DNA of 58,188 nucleotides, the filler included, from Sphacelaria rigidula (taxonomy: Eukaryota), in assembly GCA_964200075.2 (NCBI GenBank). It is 3 parts of 3 records of this genome, joined end to end, with 100 filler letters (N's around TTAATTAATTAA, not from the genome) between each part and the next. Parts side by side here need not be neighbours in the genome. Positions count along the whole stretch, not along the records: positions 19,439 to 38,770 come from CAXNAA020000686.1; 2 more parts are not named here. The stretch is one strand, 5' to 3'. The notes beneath the pieces are model-generated. The model was not told the origin of the DNA. It made no database searches and saw only the letters and a list, made by a program, of their open reading frames with translations. The position numbers were made by a program, and so were the translations under genes. Shown here piece after piece: positions 24,831 to 37,458 of this stretch (positions are counted from its first letter, which is position 1; each line of letters opens with the position of its first letter).

Positions 24831-27261
24831 TCTGCAGGAGAGTTTTGTAATTTGTTTGGGCATATTCCCGTATATTTATGTTTGTTGTTTCCCGATATTC
24901 GTTTGAAAGAGTATTTCGGGGTGTTTCGGATGTGAAGAAATACAGTTCGTATCTTTTGTCGTGGTAGCATAACCACTTCCGGTTCAACATCAGCTGCTAC
25001 ATTAGAGTTTTCCTGTAGCAGGGGAAATGAGACAATATATGTAGTTGCGAAGGGTTGCCATTGAGAGAGAGGATTTTGGCCTAAACTGAGGCTCACCAGT
25101 ACCTCGAAATAAAAGTCCTGGTCACCCACAAAAGCAGCGGCTTGGCTCGTGTTGTGCTTTCTTCAAAAGTGGCCTCACCGTGCATGCATACAAAGCCCAA
25201 GTTGATCTCAGGCAATGAGAGAAGTCAACTATTACATTGCACAATACAAACGACTAAGCCTTTATCCACATGCAGAGGCTCACAGTAGGAAGTCGGCTAG
25301 CTCATGGCAGCAAGAAAATGCTGTCCAAAGGTCGTTGCTCAGGTCCAAAACCACAGTGAGGGAGGGTGATAGCCTCAGCCCATCTCAGAGAAGATACACC
25401 TTACACGTATCATCATCTCCCATACCTAGAACCAGAAATGAAACGGAAGCATGCGTGGTAACGTTCCCACAACAAGAAACACTGTGAAAGTCCGGTGTAG
25501 CCCCTGACCGGTAGATTCGCCTCTTGCAACCTGCTGGGCATCGGTTGATGCTCTGCGGGACGATGAAAACTGAATACCCAAATCTCAAATGAAACTTGTG
25601 CACGGTACGCAGACGGCATCGACCACGAGGTGCATCCTAAATCCGTGACTGTCCGAACACATATACCTTACGTTCACATCCGTCCGATAGAACTACTAGT
25701 ACTCCTCGAGATCCGTTCCTCCACACACCACAGCATAGTACGAATTGACTAACCTATCAGATATAATGTAACGCGGCAGAATATTGAAAAGGTGAAGACG
25801 ACAAGCTCAAATACTGTAAAGGCAGGACGGAAACTGTCAGAATGACGAAAAGCTAGGTAGTATGTAGAATCTGTATAACATCAAGAAGTTGGATGTACGG
25901 TTTTATAATACTCAGGATTTTTGCTGAGATATTACGTTTTGAGTCAACCCCTCTTCTTGCTTCATACTCTCCATTTTTTTCATTCATTCAGGTTGTTAGT
26001 AGTTATCTGCGTAAAGAAGAGTCTCGGTTTTCTGTTTTATGTTGACCAAATAAACTCTTGTAAAAACTTTTTTTTTCTCATTGCACGTAGCAAGTGTTTG
26101 ACCAACATTGTGCATGCTCTGCAAGCCCTCTTATTAGAGCAGGGTCCACGAGTTGAACCGTTGTTTCTATCCCTTTGACAGGTGAACACAGAGCTGCATA
26201 GTATGCCGCACTGTGTTGAACTGTCAAAGGGACAGGAACAGTCGCTCAACTCGTGAAACCTGCTCTAACAAGAGAGCTCGCAGAGGATGCACAGTAATGG
26301 TAGAACAACTGCTTCGTGCAGTGAGAACAAAATCGATGGTTTTCAGAGGCGTTTATGTGGTGAACACAGAATAAAGGGCAATAGACAAAAAAAGGGTACA
26401 TCCTGGAGCTTTCGGAACAAAAGGGCAACGCATTTTTCGCTTGGGGGCGCGGCGCTGGATGCGGGTGGAACACCTTGGAAACACGTTTCAGCGCCTCAGC
26501 CCCACGCCCAAGGTATCTGGGCAGCATGCCCGACCATTTTGTTTCATTCCCATAATTGCTATTAGGCGGAACTACGGCGACGAAAATGAGAGCCTGTGAG
26601 CGTACAATTTTTTGTAAGCAAACCAGGAGGGTTCACCCTGCCCTCTGCTAAAAATTTATCCCTTACCCTTTTTTGTTCACCTGTTGACCTTTTTATTGTG
26701 GAGTGGTGACCGTACCGCCGGCTCAGCAACAGATACTCAAAGCAGCCACAACCATAGTCATTTTCGGTTAAATTATACCCCACCAAAAAACGCCGAAACT
26801 AAACGACCAAAAGAGTGGAGCCCTCTGCTTGTTGGCCCGAGGACTCGGCAGATCCAACGATGCATACAGGGCGCTTGTGTGCCGGAGCTCACAAAGACCC
26901 GACGAACATGTGTGAACATCTTGCCGACACACACGCCTGAACGGCATCACTTGATGGCAACATTAGACCGTTGCGGGATCTGCAATTTGCGGCTCGGAGA
27001 CAAAAATAGGCACCGACCGGATTCCAGATCGGAGGAAGAAAGCCTGAATCCGATTACGTAGACTGTACAGTCGAATATCCTTCTCCGATCCCCACTGTTG
27101 CATCCATGTTCATTTTAGAACAGCACTACGAGCTTGGCCAGCCTAGAAGCGGATTTGTAGTTTGCAGGCCCATTCTCTCCTCAACTTTCACAGCGGGACC
27201 CTTACATTTAGTATGGACAATGAATAGGGCATAACTAAATATATATGTATCGACCCAACGA

Positions 27262-27554
27262 TTTTTTTCGCCCACACTTTAAACCCCTCCCCTTCCTCGG
27301 GATGAGGCCGTGGTCTCAAGGGATGAGCCCGTCTCTCCCCCGGTACGTGCCTTTCATTTTGGTCTTGCGGATTGGGTCAGCACTACCGCACCGCATCAAC
27401 TCACGTCACACAAAACCAGTCGACTACTTTGTGTGCTCACGCTTTCCACGGTGGAAATAATACATTACGAAGAAAAAACCCAACGTGTCGGGAATCGAAC
27501 CCCCGTTCTCTCCACCCCAATGGCGACAGTCGGACCATTACACCATCAGGGTGC
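27262..27554 (-). mobile_element. tRNA-derived SINE, copy 1
   Basis: The minus strand reads gcaccctgaTGGTGTAATGGtc (box A) ... gGGTTCGATTCCc (box B), then a ~220-nt body homologous to 54484-54800 and an A-rich end. Confidence 0.78.
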
Positions 27555-27584
27555 GGCGGCTCATGATATAACGGCATTTAAAAA

Positions 27585-27800
27585 AGAAATTCGATGGTTT
27601 TCACAGGCGCTTATTTGGCCAATACAGGATAAAGCACTCAGTCTATTGTCGACACGGACAACTGATGACAAGCCTGTAAGCCTGTTGGAGTGGGTAGCTT
27701 TGGAGAGTGTAAGCGAACGGTAATCTCAATCTGTAAATTCTCGCCACAGACCATCTGTACCCTGAAATCGTACGTCCAAACTCTTGATACTGTAGACTCT
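27585..27800. repeat. Dispersed repeat, inverted homologue of 28933-29150; related fragments near 26245-26360 and 49660-49880
   Basis: tgtaccctgaaatcgtacgtccaaactcttgatactgtagactc pairs with gagtctacaatatcaagagcttggacgtacggtttcagggtaca. The motif cgatggttttca is shared with 26334. Confidence 0.7.
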
Positions 27801-28399
27801 TTATTTGACTTTACTTACGTAGCTCTTCGTTATCCTGACATTGTTCTGACATGTATCCAAGGAATCATGGACCAAGATATCTACGAAGTACTTAAGCACC
27901 GTCGACAGCAGCGATAATGTCGATACCAAGGTCCAGCAAACATACAAAGTACGGTGAAATATTTTCGACGTCACACAGAGAGTAGTACGCTAGACAAGAA
28001 GCACCATCAACTAAGGCGTAGTGTAACAACGACGATCGAGTGTGGAGCAAGAACTGAGAAGAGCAGCTACGACATCATCAACCGTTTAAGTGAGCCTAGT
28101 AGATACGAGTATTCAATTATATTATGAAGGAGTGTTTGAGTAGTGTAGAGTAGTCTGCCTCTAGTACACGTGCAGGTGCATGGGGAACTGCAAGTTGATG
28201 CATGGAGGTTTGGATGTGAAGTTTGCATAATGATATTAGGTCATGAGATATCCTCTGGGGTATGACTATGAGTGCTTAACAGTATATGTGTCCACGGAGG
28301 TGCAAGATCACTTCCGATAACGAAGACTGTGTGTTGTGAACAACATGTGTCTTGAAGTCTTTGAGTCCTGGTGAGGGAGGAAGCCCTTGGGAGCAGTCT

Positions 28400-28536
28400 T
28401 GGGACCTCGTTCTGTTCGAATCCTCTTTTTTTTTTCTGTTCCTTCTGTTTTTCTCAGAGCGTGTTTCAGTTTCGTTTTTCTTGGGTACGTCTATCATGGG
28501 ACCACGCTGGACCCCTGGGGGGTCAGTTAAAGTGCG

Positions 28537-28573
<37 letters not shown>
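28400..28573 (+). mobile_element. Retroposon 3' end with (CAAT)n tail
   Basis: T-rich stretch, then gaccacgctggacccctggggggtcagttaaagtgcga followed by (caat)n. The same end recurs at ~30215-30238 (+), ~30313-30372 (-), ~38078-38212 (-), ~44955-45040 (+, tail missing) and ~45305-45362 (+). Confidence 0.72.
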
Positions 28574-28574
<1 letters not shown>

Positions 28575-29422
28575 TGAGTCCAGGAGGGGTCTATAGTAGA
28601 GAAGAGTAAAGTACAGCCAAGTGTTATTATACTACGGAAAAAGTAATGTACAGTATATGTGCTGGATAAGAATGAGTGTGATTCTTTCATTGGATATATG
28701 CTCGGAACGGTGTTTCGAAGGGTATGTTGGAAATGAAGAAGAATGCAGTTCTGAATGCCTTCGTAGTTTAGCGGGAGAACTAGTGACGGCTGAGCTGAGA
28801 AGTAATGAAGTAGCAAAGATCGGCGTAGTCGAACAGGTCATATCATAAGGTAGAATAATGAATAGGTCAAGAGCAATAGCTCAAGTAATGCAAGGGTCAA
28901 ATACAAAAATGCCAGAATAATGCCAGGATAACGAGTCTACAATATCAAGAGCTTGGACGTACGGTTTCAGGGTACAAATAATCTACGGGGAGAAGTTATA
29001 GATCGAGATAGCCCTTCGCTAATGCTCTCCGAAGCTACCCACCTCAATAGGCCTACCGTCTTGTTACCAGTTCTCTGTGTTGAGGTGAGAATGAGTGTTT
29101 TATCCTGCATCGGCCGAATAAGCACCTGTGAAAACCATCGGCTGTTTTTATCGCACATCAATAGTAACTTGACAGTTACTGTGCACCCTCCGCGGAGTTA
29201 ATGCTGGTACCGAGACAGTGGAGTCTAGTTTCCTTCGTTACTTGACATACGTTGAGCGAACTCCTGTCTGTCGAACTTTTAAACACTCATCTCTGCATAT
29301 CTTATGCCGAGGCAGCCACACTACTATCCGATAGACATGACACTGATAAATTCCCCAACCGTTACGTGTGTTAAATGCCTCAAAACCTGTGCTATAACTG
29401 ACACCTCTACTGCCGCACAAAG

Positions 29423-31860
29423 AAGGTGGTGGATTCAACCGATGACGGTGCGACTGACGTATCGGCCGCTTTCGGACGCATCCGCCTCTCCGGATCGATT
29501 CCGGAGTGTCGACGCGCGGCAGAATACGCTCTCGACTACTGCCGGCGTGTCAGGGATTCACCGTGCTCTTCTGTACACTGGAGGATTCCGCTCAACTCCA
29601 AGAAATTCTTTTCCGCCGTTGGGAGGTGAGTCACGCCACGGTGGGGGTTGTACAGTTTTTGGCTTTGGTGTTTCTCATTAAGGGGCTACTAAAGTTAGGC
29701 ACTACACAAGAACATGGATGAGGATATTTCCGTTTGAGAAGTCATTCGGGCTATACCTAGCCCATTGGGACGCTAGCCAAATGTTGAACAGTAAGTCGTT
29801 TTGTGGATGAGATACAAGGCGCCCAACGATTCGACCCCGAGAAGTAGATTGTACGCCCCGTCGGTGGTATGACTCAGGCATGTGTCTTGAAGGATAAGTT
29901 TAGCCACAATTCATCTACACACTAATCCATGCGTGCGGTAAGCTGCTACATGCATTATCCAGATCTAGCTCTCTGGAGCATGGAGCTCATTTGAAATCTC
30001 ATTGGATGGATTAACAATGGATCGGATCGATCAAGGTGCTCACACACCATTCGGTTGGCTAGGCGTCTTCCCGGTTCTACAGGCTGTATCGCCTTCGTAT
30101 CTATAATTCGATGATGATCACGTAATTCAAGCATTCGTTCTCTGCATTGCATGATATGCAGGAATCATTCGTGTCATTTTCGCATTTTTAAGTCAAGTAT
30201 TTTGAGCTATGAGGTGGGTAAAGTGCGACAATCAATCAAAATTGACAATCAAGAGGTGGCGTCCGAGCAGCATAGCAAACCATTTACTCCATCCAACCCC
30301 GGTGAAATTGATTAGATTGATTGATTGTCGCACTTTAACTGACCACCCATGGGTCCAGCCGCGGTCGCATGATAATATACGGGAAGGCCTAGGTCGCGAG
30401 AGCACATGGAGGGCGATATCGATTGATACTGTAGTCGAGGGTCGTGCGTGGCAGGGTACCGATGGAACCGCTTAGCAGAGGTCATCTCTTGTAGTCGCAC
30501 CCAGCAAATAACAACCGATCATCGAGATTATTGAGGATCAAGCTTTTCATCGACGATGAGAACCCGGAGGATGAAAATCTTCGTATTCACACCAAATACT
30601 CGAGATACAGTCCCATTCCTTCACCTCCTGGTGGCTATTGACAACTACTACACGCTCTACGGATTTGAATCTCAGTAACCGAAATGTTGGGGTCCTAGAT
30701 GAAAAAACAATTTGGGGGAATTTAGTTGATCCGACCGGATCGCCGAAACTCCTCAACGTTGGTTCTTCATCGAAGACCCCAACCTTTCGGTTCTCGGAAT
30801 CCAAATTTGTAGGGCGTGTAGCAGTTGTCAATAGCTGCCAGTAGGTGAAAGATTAGGACCATATCTCGAGTATTTGGTGTGGGTACGAAGATTTCAATCC
30901 TCCGAGTTCTCTTCCTCAATGAAAAACTCCATTCTCAATTTCGATGATCGGCTGTTGAGTGCGTAGAAAGAATCCCCTAGTGTGAAGGGCGTGTGTGTCT
31001 TTGTTTTCTACTCTTTCTCGTGACCCATGTGGATGTTTGTTCTCGCTGATTTGATCTTTCCCATGATTAGTGATTGAGTTGAAGGTGAAATTTCGGGTGG
31101 GGGACCTGGATTTGCCAAAGAGAATAAAGAGGTACAGCAGTTTTTGGGTGGAAGAGGAAGTAGATGCACGGAATTGCCCTTGTGGCTATGCAATAGAGTA
31201 GAACTCATAAAGTGGGAGAAGGTGAACTGCACAAGGACGAACGGGACGTGTTAGAGTGGGAAATGGGGGAAATAAACGATGGGGGCATGATATAGTTTGA
31301 AACATTAGATAGTAGTGAGAAAACGATCGCTATACTAGGAGATGGATGGTGGTCACAAACAGCGAAACAGGTAGGGGATAGGATATGGAAACGTTTTTCG
31401 TGTGATGTATTGAAATTCTGCCTTCTGTGTACCCCTCCCGCGAGATGGTGTGATGGTTTGTGCTGTATTTCTCGTCATGCCTAGTATACTAGTACATATG
31501 GCTGTCTCTCTAGAGGTACAAGTATAGAAACCCGCGTTTCTTATCGCTATGGTTGATGATATTGGTTCTTGAGCTTGGTTCCATCTCTGTTTAACCTCGC
31601 ATGTTGAGTGGACACATTGGGCCCTGCTTCCAGTAGCCCGAATGGTCGCCTGCGGCATCGGAGCTTATGAGGTTAGAGCTCGCAGCATTTTTTCTTCTTT
31701 CTGTTCTGTATCGCGTCTGTGTTATTTTTTCCGGGTCCCATTGTTTTTTAATTCCCTTACACCTTTTTTCGGGTAGTTAGCCCGTGACCACGGAAGGCGT
31801 CCGCATCAGATGCCTGTTACGGAGTACTGCACAGATATGGGAACGGTCTTTAATGTGGAG

Positions 31861-31899
<39 letters not shown>

Positions 31900-34800
31900 G
31901 AAGAAACGTCATGAACGCCCGAATGTTGGAGATGTCTCTATTAGGAGCAGGAACGGTGCTCCGTATCGCAAGGGGTGCGTGGTCAATGGCCAAGCCACTA
32001 AGGCAAGCAACAAACGAGTACGCCTCCCCCATGATCGCGGTGGAAGTGTCGTTGTGTGGAGACTGCCTGTAAAAAAATCGTGGAGTACGACAAATGTCCA
32101 CCCTTGTCGCAACGACGTCGTTAAAGCAAACGCTGGGTTGCGCTTGCGAGTGCCGTGGCAACCACAATTTAGTACCGTAATATATATTACCGCAATCTAC
32201 ATCATTGCACGGGCGGTTTTATCATTTCTCCGGGGTTTCCTACCTACAGTGGTATCCCGTGAAACCTTCCTCGCAGGTACTTCATGATGTGCAAATGCGT
32301 ATCAAATCCGCACTGAGTTGTTGTTTCTTAGGGTCATGCCTCCCCGTCAACCACAATACGAACGTATACCAGGCTGATTGGGGGAGTTGAACTCATGCAA
32401 GCTCTGGGTTTAAGATTGGAGGAGAACGGCACTGTGCTAGCACTGAGGGGAGACGGCAGCACATCAGGCGAAAAGTGGGAGCGGGTCCCGGCACGCGTCC
32501 TGCAAGAGCTAGATGAAGCCGCGAAGGTATGTTGACTGATATGCCTCAAAATTCCATACACTTCCTCGTTCCGCTAATGTTGGAGTCATCGTACGACATG
32601 GGAGGGGAGGGGGTGGGGGAGTATTTCGGGCCATTTCTTCCACGAAATTTCCCTCAAACTCTTCGTTGAAAGCAGCAACGGTTGTTCGAGCGCGCTTCTT
32701 ACCGATAAATGACACATTTTTTTTTTACTGCGTGACATCGTTTTCACCCTAATATAAGCGCAACGCGAGTGTTTCAGATCATCTGACACACCTATGAGTC
32801 TTCTTTTTTTAGTGGATCCAAATAATCCCCGCTCTATCGTAGCATGTTTCTGGACAGCTCTGTAGTCAGTGATGTGACTGCTCACTATTCTTCCAAACGA
32901 TATTACAGCTGGTATCGTACGTTCGCCTTGCAAGATAACCTTGCAAAATGTCTCACAACCGTGTGCACATGCTCTACGCAATCGAAAAAATTTACCCGTA
33001 GGGAAACTAACTATTAGTCGAGTCGAATTTAATTCCGGGGTATTCACAAGCAATTTTACGCCGTGTGTTGTCGAGACAAAAAAATAAAACAAAAGCGGGA
33101 AAAGAAGAAAAAAACAAACGTCCAAAAGCACCATGTTGGTTGATCGCCGGGTGGGTTTATGGTTGCGGCGACTAGTCAACATGCTGCTTGTGGACGCTTG
33201 GTCCTCTTCCTGCTTCTTCTTTTGGTCCCGTTAAGACACGGCCTTAGTGCGCGCGTATATTCGTCCTCCACGATTATAATTTTCCATCGCACCTTCATGT
33301 CCAAGTGGCTGATGCCACTGCTTCACCATTGCCCGTCCTGTTCGACCCGTACACTAGGGAAGCCTGAGAGCTGTTCAGCGATAGGCGTGGAAGCCATGTC
33401 ACAAACATTGAAACTTGGGAAGCGGATGCCTTATTTTCCCTCAGCAACCACGTCGCTCCCCGCCCATGTGACCGGAAGACCCCACGGAGGTGCTGGGGTC
33501 GAATCCCCAGTTAGCTGTTGATTGCACAGAGATACGATGAAACTCTAGAACCTTCCTGCCATTAGATGACTTCTTCATCGATATCGACCTCAAGCGGCAG
33601 GGCAACGCCATTCGGAGTTACAACACAGTGGATTAATTTTGTGTTGGGCGCAAGCGTCTGGACATACCCTCGACAGAGTACCTGCACACACCTCAACTGC
33701 TCCCGCCCGTACACAGACAACGACCCCAGAAATAATACTACTGTACGCCACGAAGCTTCACCAATGTCTACACCCACTCGAACGCAGTTAGATACGCCGT
33801 TTTTTCAGTGCTTCCGAACTGTATACATGTAAAAAGCCGCTGCAATTTTTTTGCACGCACTGCAACATGGGCAGCCAGAACCAGTTCGATTTACACACCG
33901 TCGTCTGCCAGCGTTGATCACGCCCCGTCCCACTCACCCCGGCCACGCTGCCGATTTTCTCGAACAGGTCCCACCAGCCATTGGGGAGCCTGTCCGTGTA
34001 CATCTTTCGTCTAGAGAAACCTCCAAACCCAAACCGCATTCCGGTGGTGGTAGATACTTCCTCAACTAGAGCTCGGAAATGGTACAAATTATAACTGGTC
34101 GTGATCAATATAATGGTAAGAATGGTAATGGTTATATGAAAGTTTTGGATAATGGTTTCAAACCATTATTTACTGTTTCCGGCTTCATAAGCTGTTATCG
34201 GCTACGTATGCTACATACAGCCCTTGAAAATTGCCCCAAGTTCAACATATTCTTTAGCTATCGTGAAGCCAAATCGCGTAAAAACGTGCATCCGGCACGG
34301 CGCCTCCCTCTCCGGCGGGGCCCCCTCTGCCGGGGGGGGGGGACGTTTTGGCTCGCGGCTGCGTCGCTCGATGACGAAACCATTATGTACCACTTAACTG
34401 GTTTATGAGTGTGCTACGCGTAACCATTCAACCGGTTAATGGTTAGACGAACCATTTCTGAGCTCTAGTCTCAACCCCTCCCTTCCGCCCACGCGGCAAC
34501 TCTTCCCCCTAAACGCCTTATCTCAGAAACTAGCCGCGCAGGTACACGGAATAGAGCACCCGGACGTGCCGGATCTTGCTGCGGTGTCAGCAGCCGTTGC
34601 AAGGCTAAGAGATCGTTCTGTGCGCCCTGCCAACCACCTTCGGTGCGTTGAAACGGCGACCATGTATCTGGGCAACGTTCTCGATAATCCTTCAGTGGGA
34701 AAGGTGTGTGTTGTCTTCCCTCTCAGGAGGTCGTCCCTCACTGGACAGTATAGTCAGCGTACTTTGCTTTTTAATGTACTGAGCAGACGTTAGCCCCCGC

Positions 34801-37427
34801 CGGATTCTTTCAGCTTTCCAACAATGGTGAAAAATTTCCGTCAATACAACGTTCTTTTAGATGGCGTTCAAGACTTCCCCTCCACACACTTTGATTGTGC
34901 ATGTATACAACCACATTGTTGTAAGAGTTGATTCCCACGGGCACGGAAAAGTAATACTCGAGAAGGACCGAAGTAGCTTCCCCTTAAAAGCGATGACTAC
35001 AACGTACGGACAGCTATAATAGATCTATATATTTATATACACATACATATACACACACGTAATCCATAGGGACTATAAGTTTTCATGCTTTGCGGCGGCG
35101 CTGTCACTACACGTGGATGAGCGAAAATAGGTGAGGCATGAGCCATGTAAATGCGGACTGGTGTTATGGTAGGGGGGCACGAATATTTTCCGAGGTTCTA
35201 ATTGTTAGGAGCCCTCTACTTCATAAAAAAAGAAAAGTACGATTGCTACTGTAGCCCATTCCAATGGGCTACAGTACAGATACCCCGAATGAACTACAGA
35301 TACCCCGAATGAACTACAGTTACCCCGAATGAATTTGAGAACGGGAATGTCCCGACCCATGTTCTTGTGTAGCTGTTCTTCACTTTAGGAGCCCCTCAAT
35401 GAGAGGTCTGGGTCCAAATGGGCAACCCCTACCGCAGCAGCAGGTTGTGACAGAAAAGATCAATTCTGCACGTTGGTTGACACGTCGCATTCTACGGCAC
35501 GGTAACTCAAAGGCGCACTTGTGTTCTTCTGCGGCGAATGGAGGATGGCAAATTCTTCCTGCTTTGTTTCGTTTGTTTTGTTCGTGTACATACATATATT
35601 TTATTTTGTTTCATTTTTGTTTCTCACTCAACTGCTTCTGTGTGTTTTGTATTTTTTCTTCTTCTTCGCTTTTTCTTTTCTTCAGCGAGCGTTACCGTTT
35701 TGTTGTGCCTTGCGTAAATTCGTCATATGACCACGGCTAGGTCTCTCGTGGAACACGTATCATACAACAATCAACCAAATCGAATCAAATCAAATCAAAT
35801 CAAATCAAATCAACAGGAGAACATTCGATTCAATTAATTTGATTGACTCTCATTTGATTGATATAATAATCGCACCTCCAATAACATGCCCCATTAAACC
35901 CGAAACAGACGATAACTTGCGGTCATCAGACATTCTCCGACCGCACCGTAGACGTGAACTGAACGGCGTCATATCAGCTTTTCCTTCGATGCCTTGAACG
36001 CTTTCACTCGCCGACCACACTGCAGTATCGAGCGATCAACACATCGAATCCTGTGTTTCTGAGGGATGTCGCGTCAGCCGAAGGGGGGGCGGAGCTCATG
36101 CTCGCCCTGGGCTTCCGAGAGGATGGCGAGGGTAGACTCGTACTCCCCATGGTGAGAGCTTAAAGTCATGTACATGGCAATACGCCCAGTGAAGCAACAA
36201 CAGTGCTAGGATAAGTGTACCTTTGTGGCCACTCATCCTGTCATATCATTCGATGGAAATGAATACATCACATGCCGATTTCCTGAGCAGTAGTCGTGAC
36301 TGTTCTTTTACCGTCCGCGCCCGCACTTTTCTGTATAGTACGGATACCACTTGCACACCCTGGACAATGGTAATACTGTAGACACCAGTGATTAAGGGAA
36401 ACTGTACTGCGTGTAGTATATTTTCTACTGCAATAAACGGTAAATTCGATACTGCACGCAGCAAAATTGTTGCTAATGCAACCTTTTGCCATTTATCAAA
36501 TTTGTTTTTTTTCTAGTACGATACGTTGCGTCAGTGGTATACGCTGCCGAACTGGACAGACAACACGCGCAGGACGGTGGAAAGACATGTTCTCATGAGA
36601 AAGTTCGCTGAATCTGGTGTATCTGTTGCTAACGGAAGCCAGGTAGATATAATGGTTGGTGGAATTTTCGAAATTCCTATTCTAATCGGGTTGCCCGGTC
36701 AACGTGTTTCGTGCGTTCGAATCTCACCGGTATCGCCAATGTGAAAAGGCGTTTGTCCTCGACAGACCTGTTTGTGCGAATATTTTCGCCCTCTCTGTGG
36801 CAATATCCATATCAGGAATCATATTCGAATGGTGCTAGGTATTTTGCCTTTTGTCTGTCGGCACACGTGAACAAGCCACGCGATAAATAAATAGCGTCAG
36901 CTTCGATGATTTGCAATTGTTATCCTCAAGGGTGGCGACCATTCGTAGCACTCGAATCCGCCCACAGAGACATTCCGCCACCGATAGCTTTAATAATCCA
37001 CGGAATCGCATACGATACAAGACACGGGACGTGGTGGCGACTCCCCAAAACAGATCACGTAAATACGTGTTGTGTATGGTGCCTCCCGCCATGCGAGCAA
37101 GAATCTACACGTCGCGTTAGTTGACAAGAACACCACGTCCCTCAAGTCCGGATTGAAGACACAGAACGCCTCCCCTGCCTGACAGCGAGCGGGTGGGGGT
37201 GGTCGTGGATCGAAAGGGTGAAAAAAAAGAGCCTTCTCGAAGACTTTCGGGCGAAGAAAAGCAAGGGGAACTTGGCGGTTGACGGTTGAACATCGGCGAT
37301 CGCCTTTAGCGTGAGCAGTTGATTGCTCAACCCCTCGGAGGCGCGTTGTCAACGGCCCAACAGCTGAGGCATGCAGGGCATGAGTATGTTCCGGGGTTCC
37401 CCGAAAACGGTTGTCGTTTCATATCCC

Positions 37428-37458
<31 letters not shown>

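Noticed and set aside
21900-27060. Candidate upstream exons of the PUB gene (e.g. near 21921, 25276, 26870)
   Set aside because: Acceptor-like sites exist, but the frames hit stops or lack a matching donor and any recognisable protein signal.
31784-32287. Poly-Q protein ORF
   Set aside because: The Q-run is the (CAA)12 tail of a nested retroposon joined to a LINE 3' end.
33180-34060. Possible decayed coding sequence on the minus strand within a PUB intron
   Set aside because: The frames are short and broken, with no family motif I can identify.
35275-35333. CRISPR-like short repeats
   Set aside because: Head-to-tail 20-bp units without spacers, no cas genes, and a eukaryotic context.
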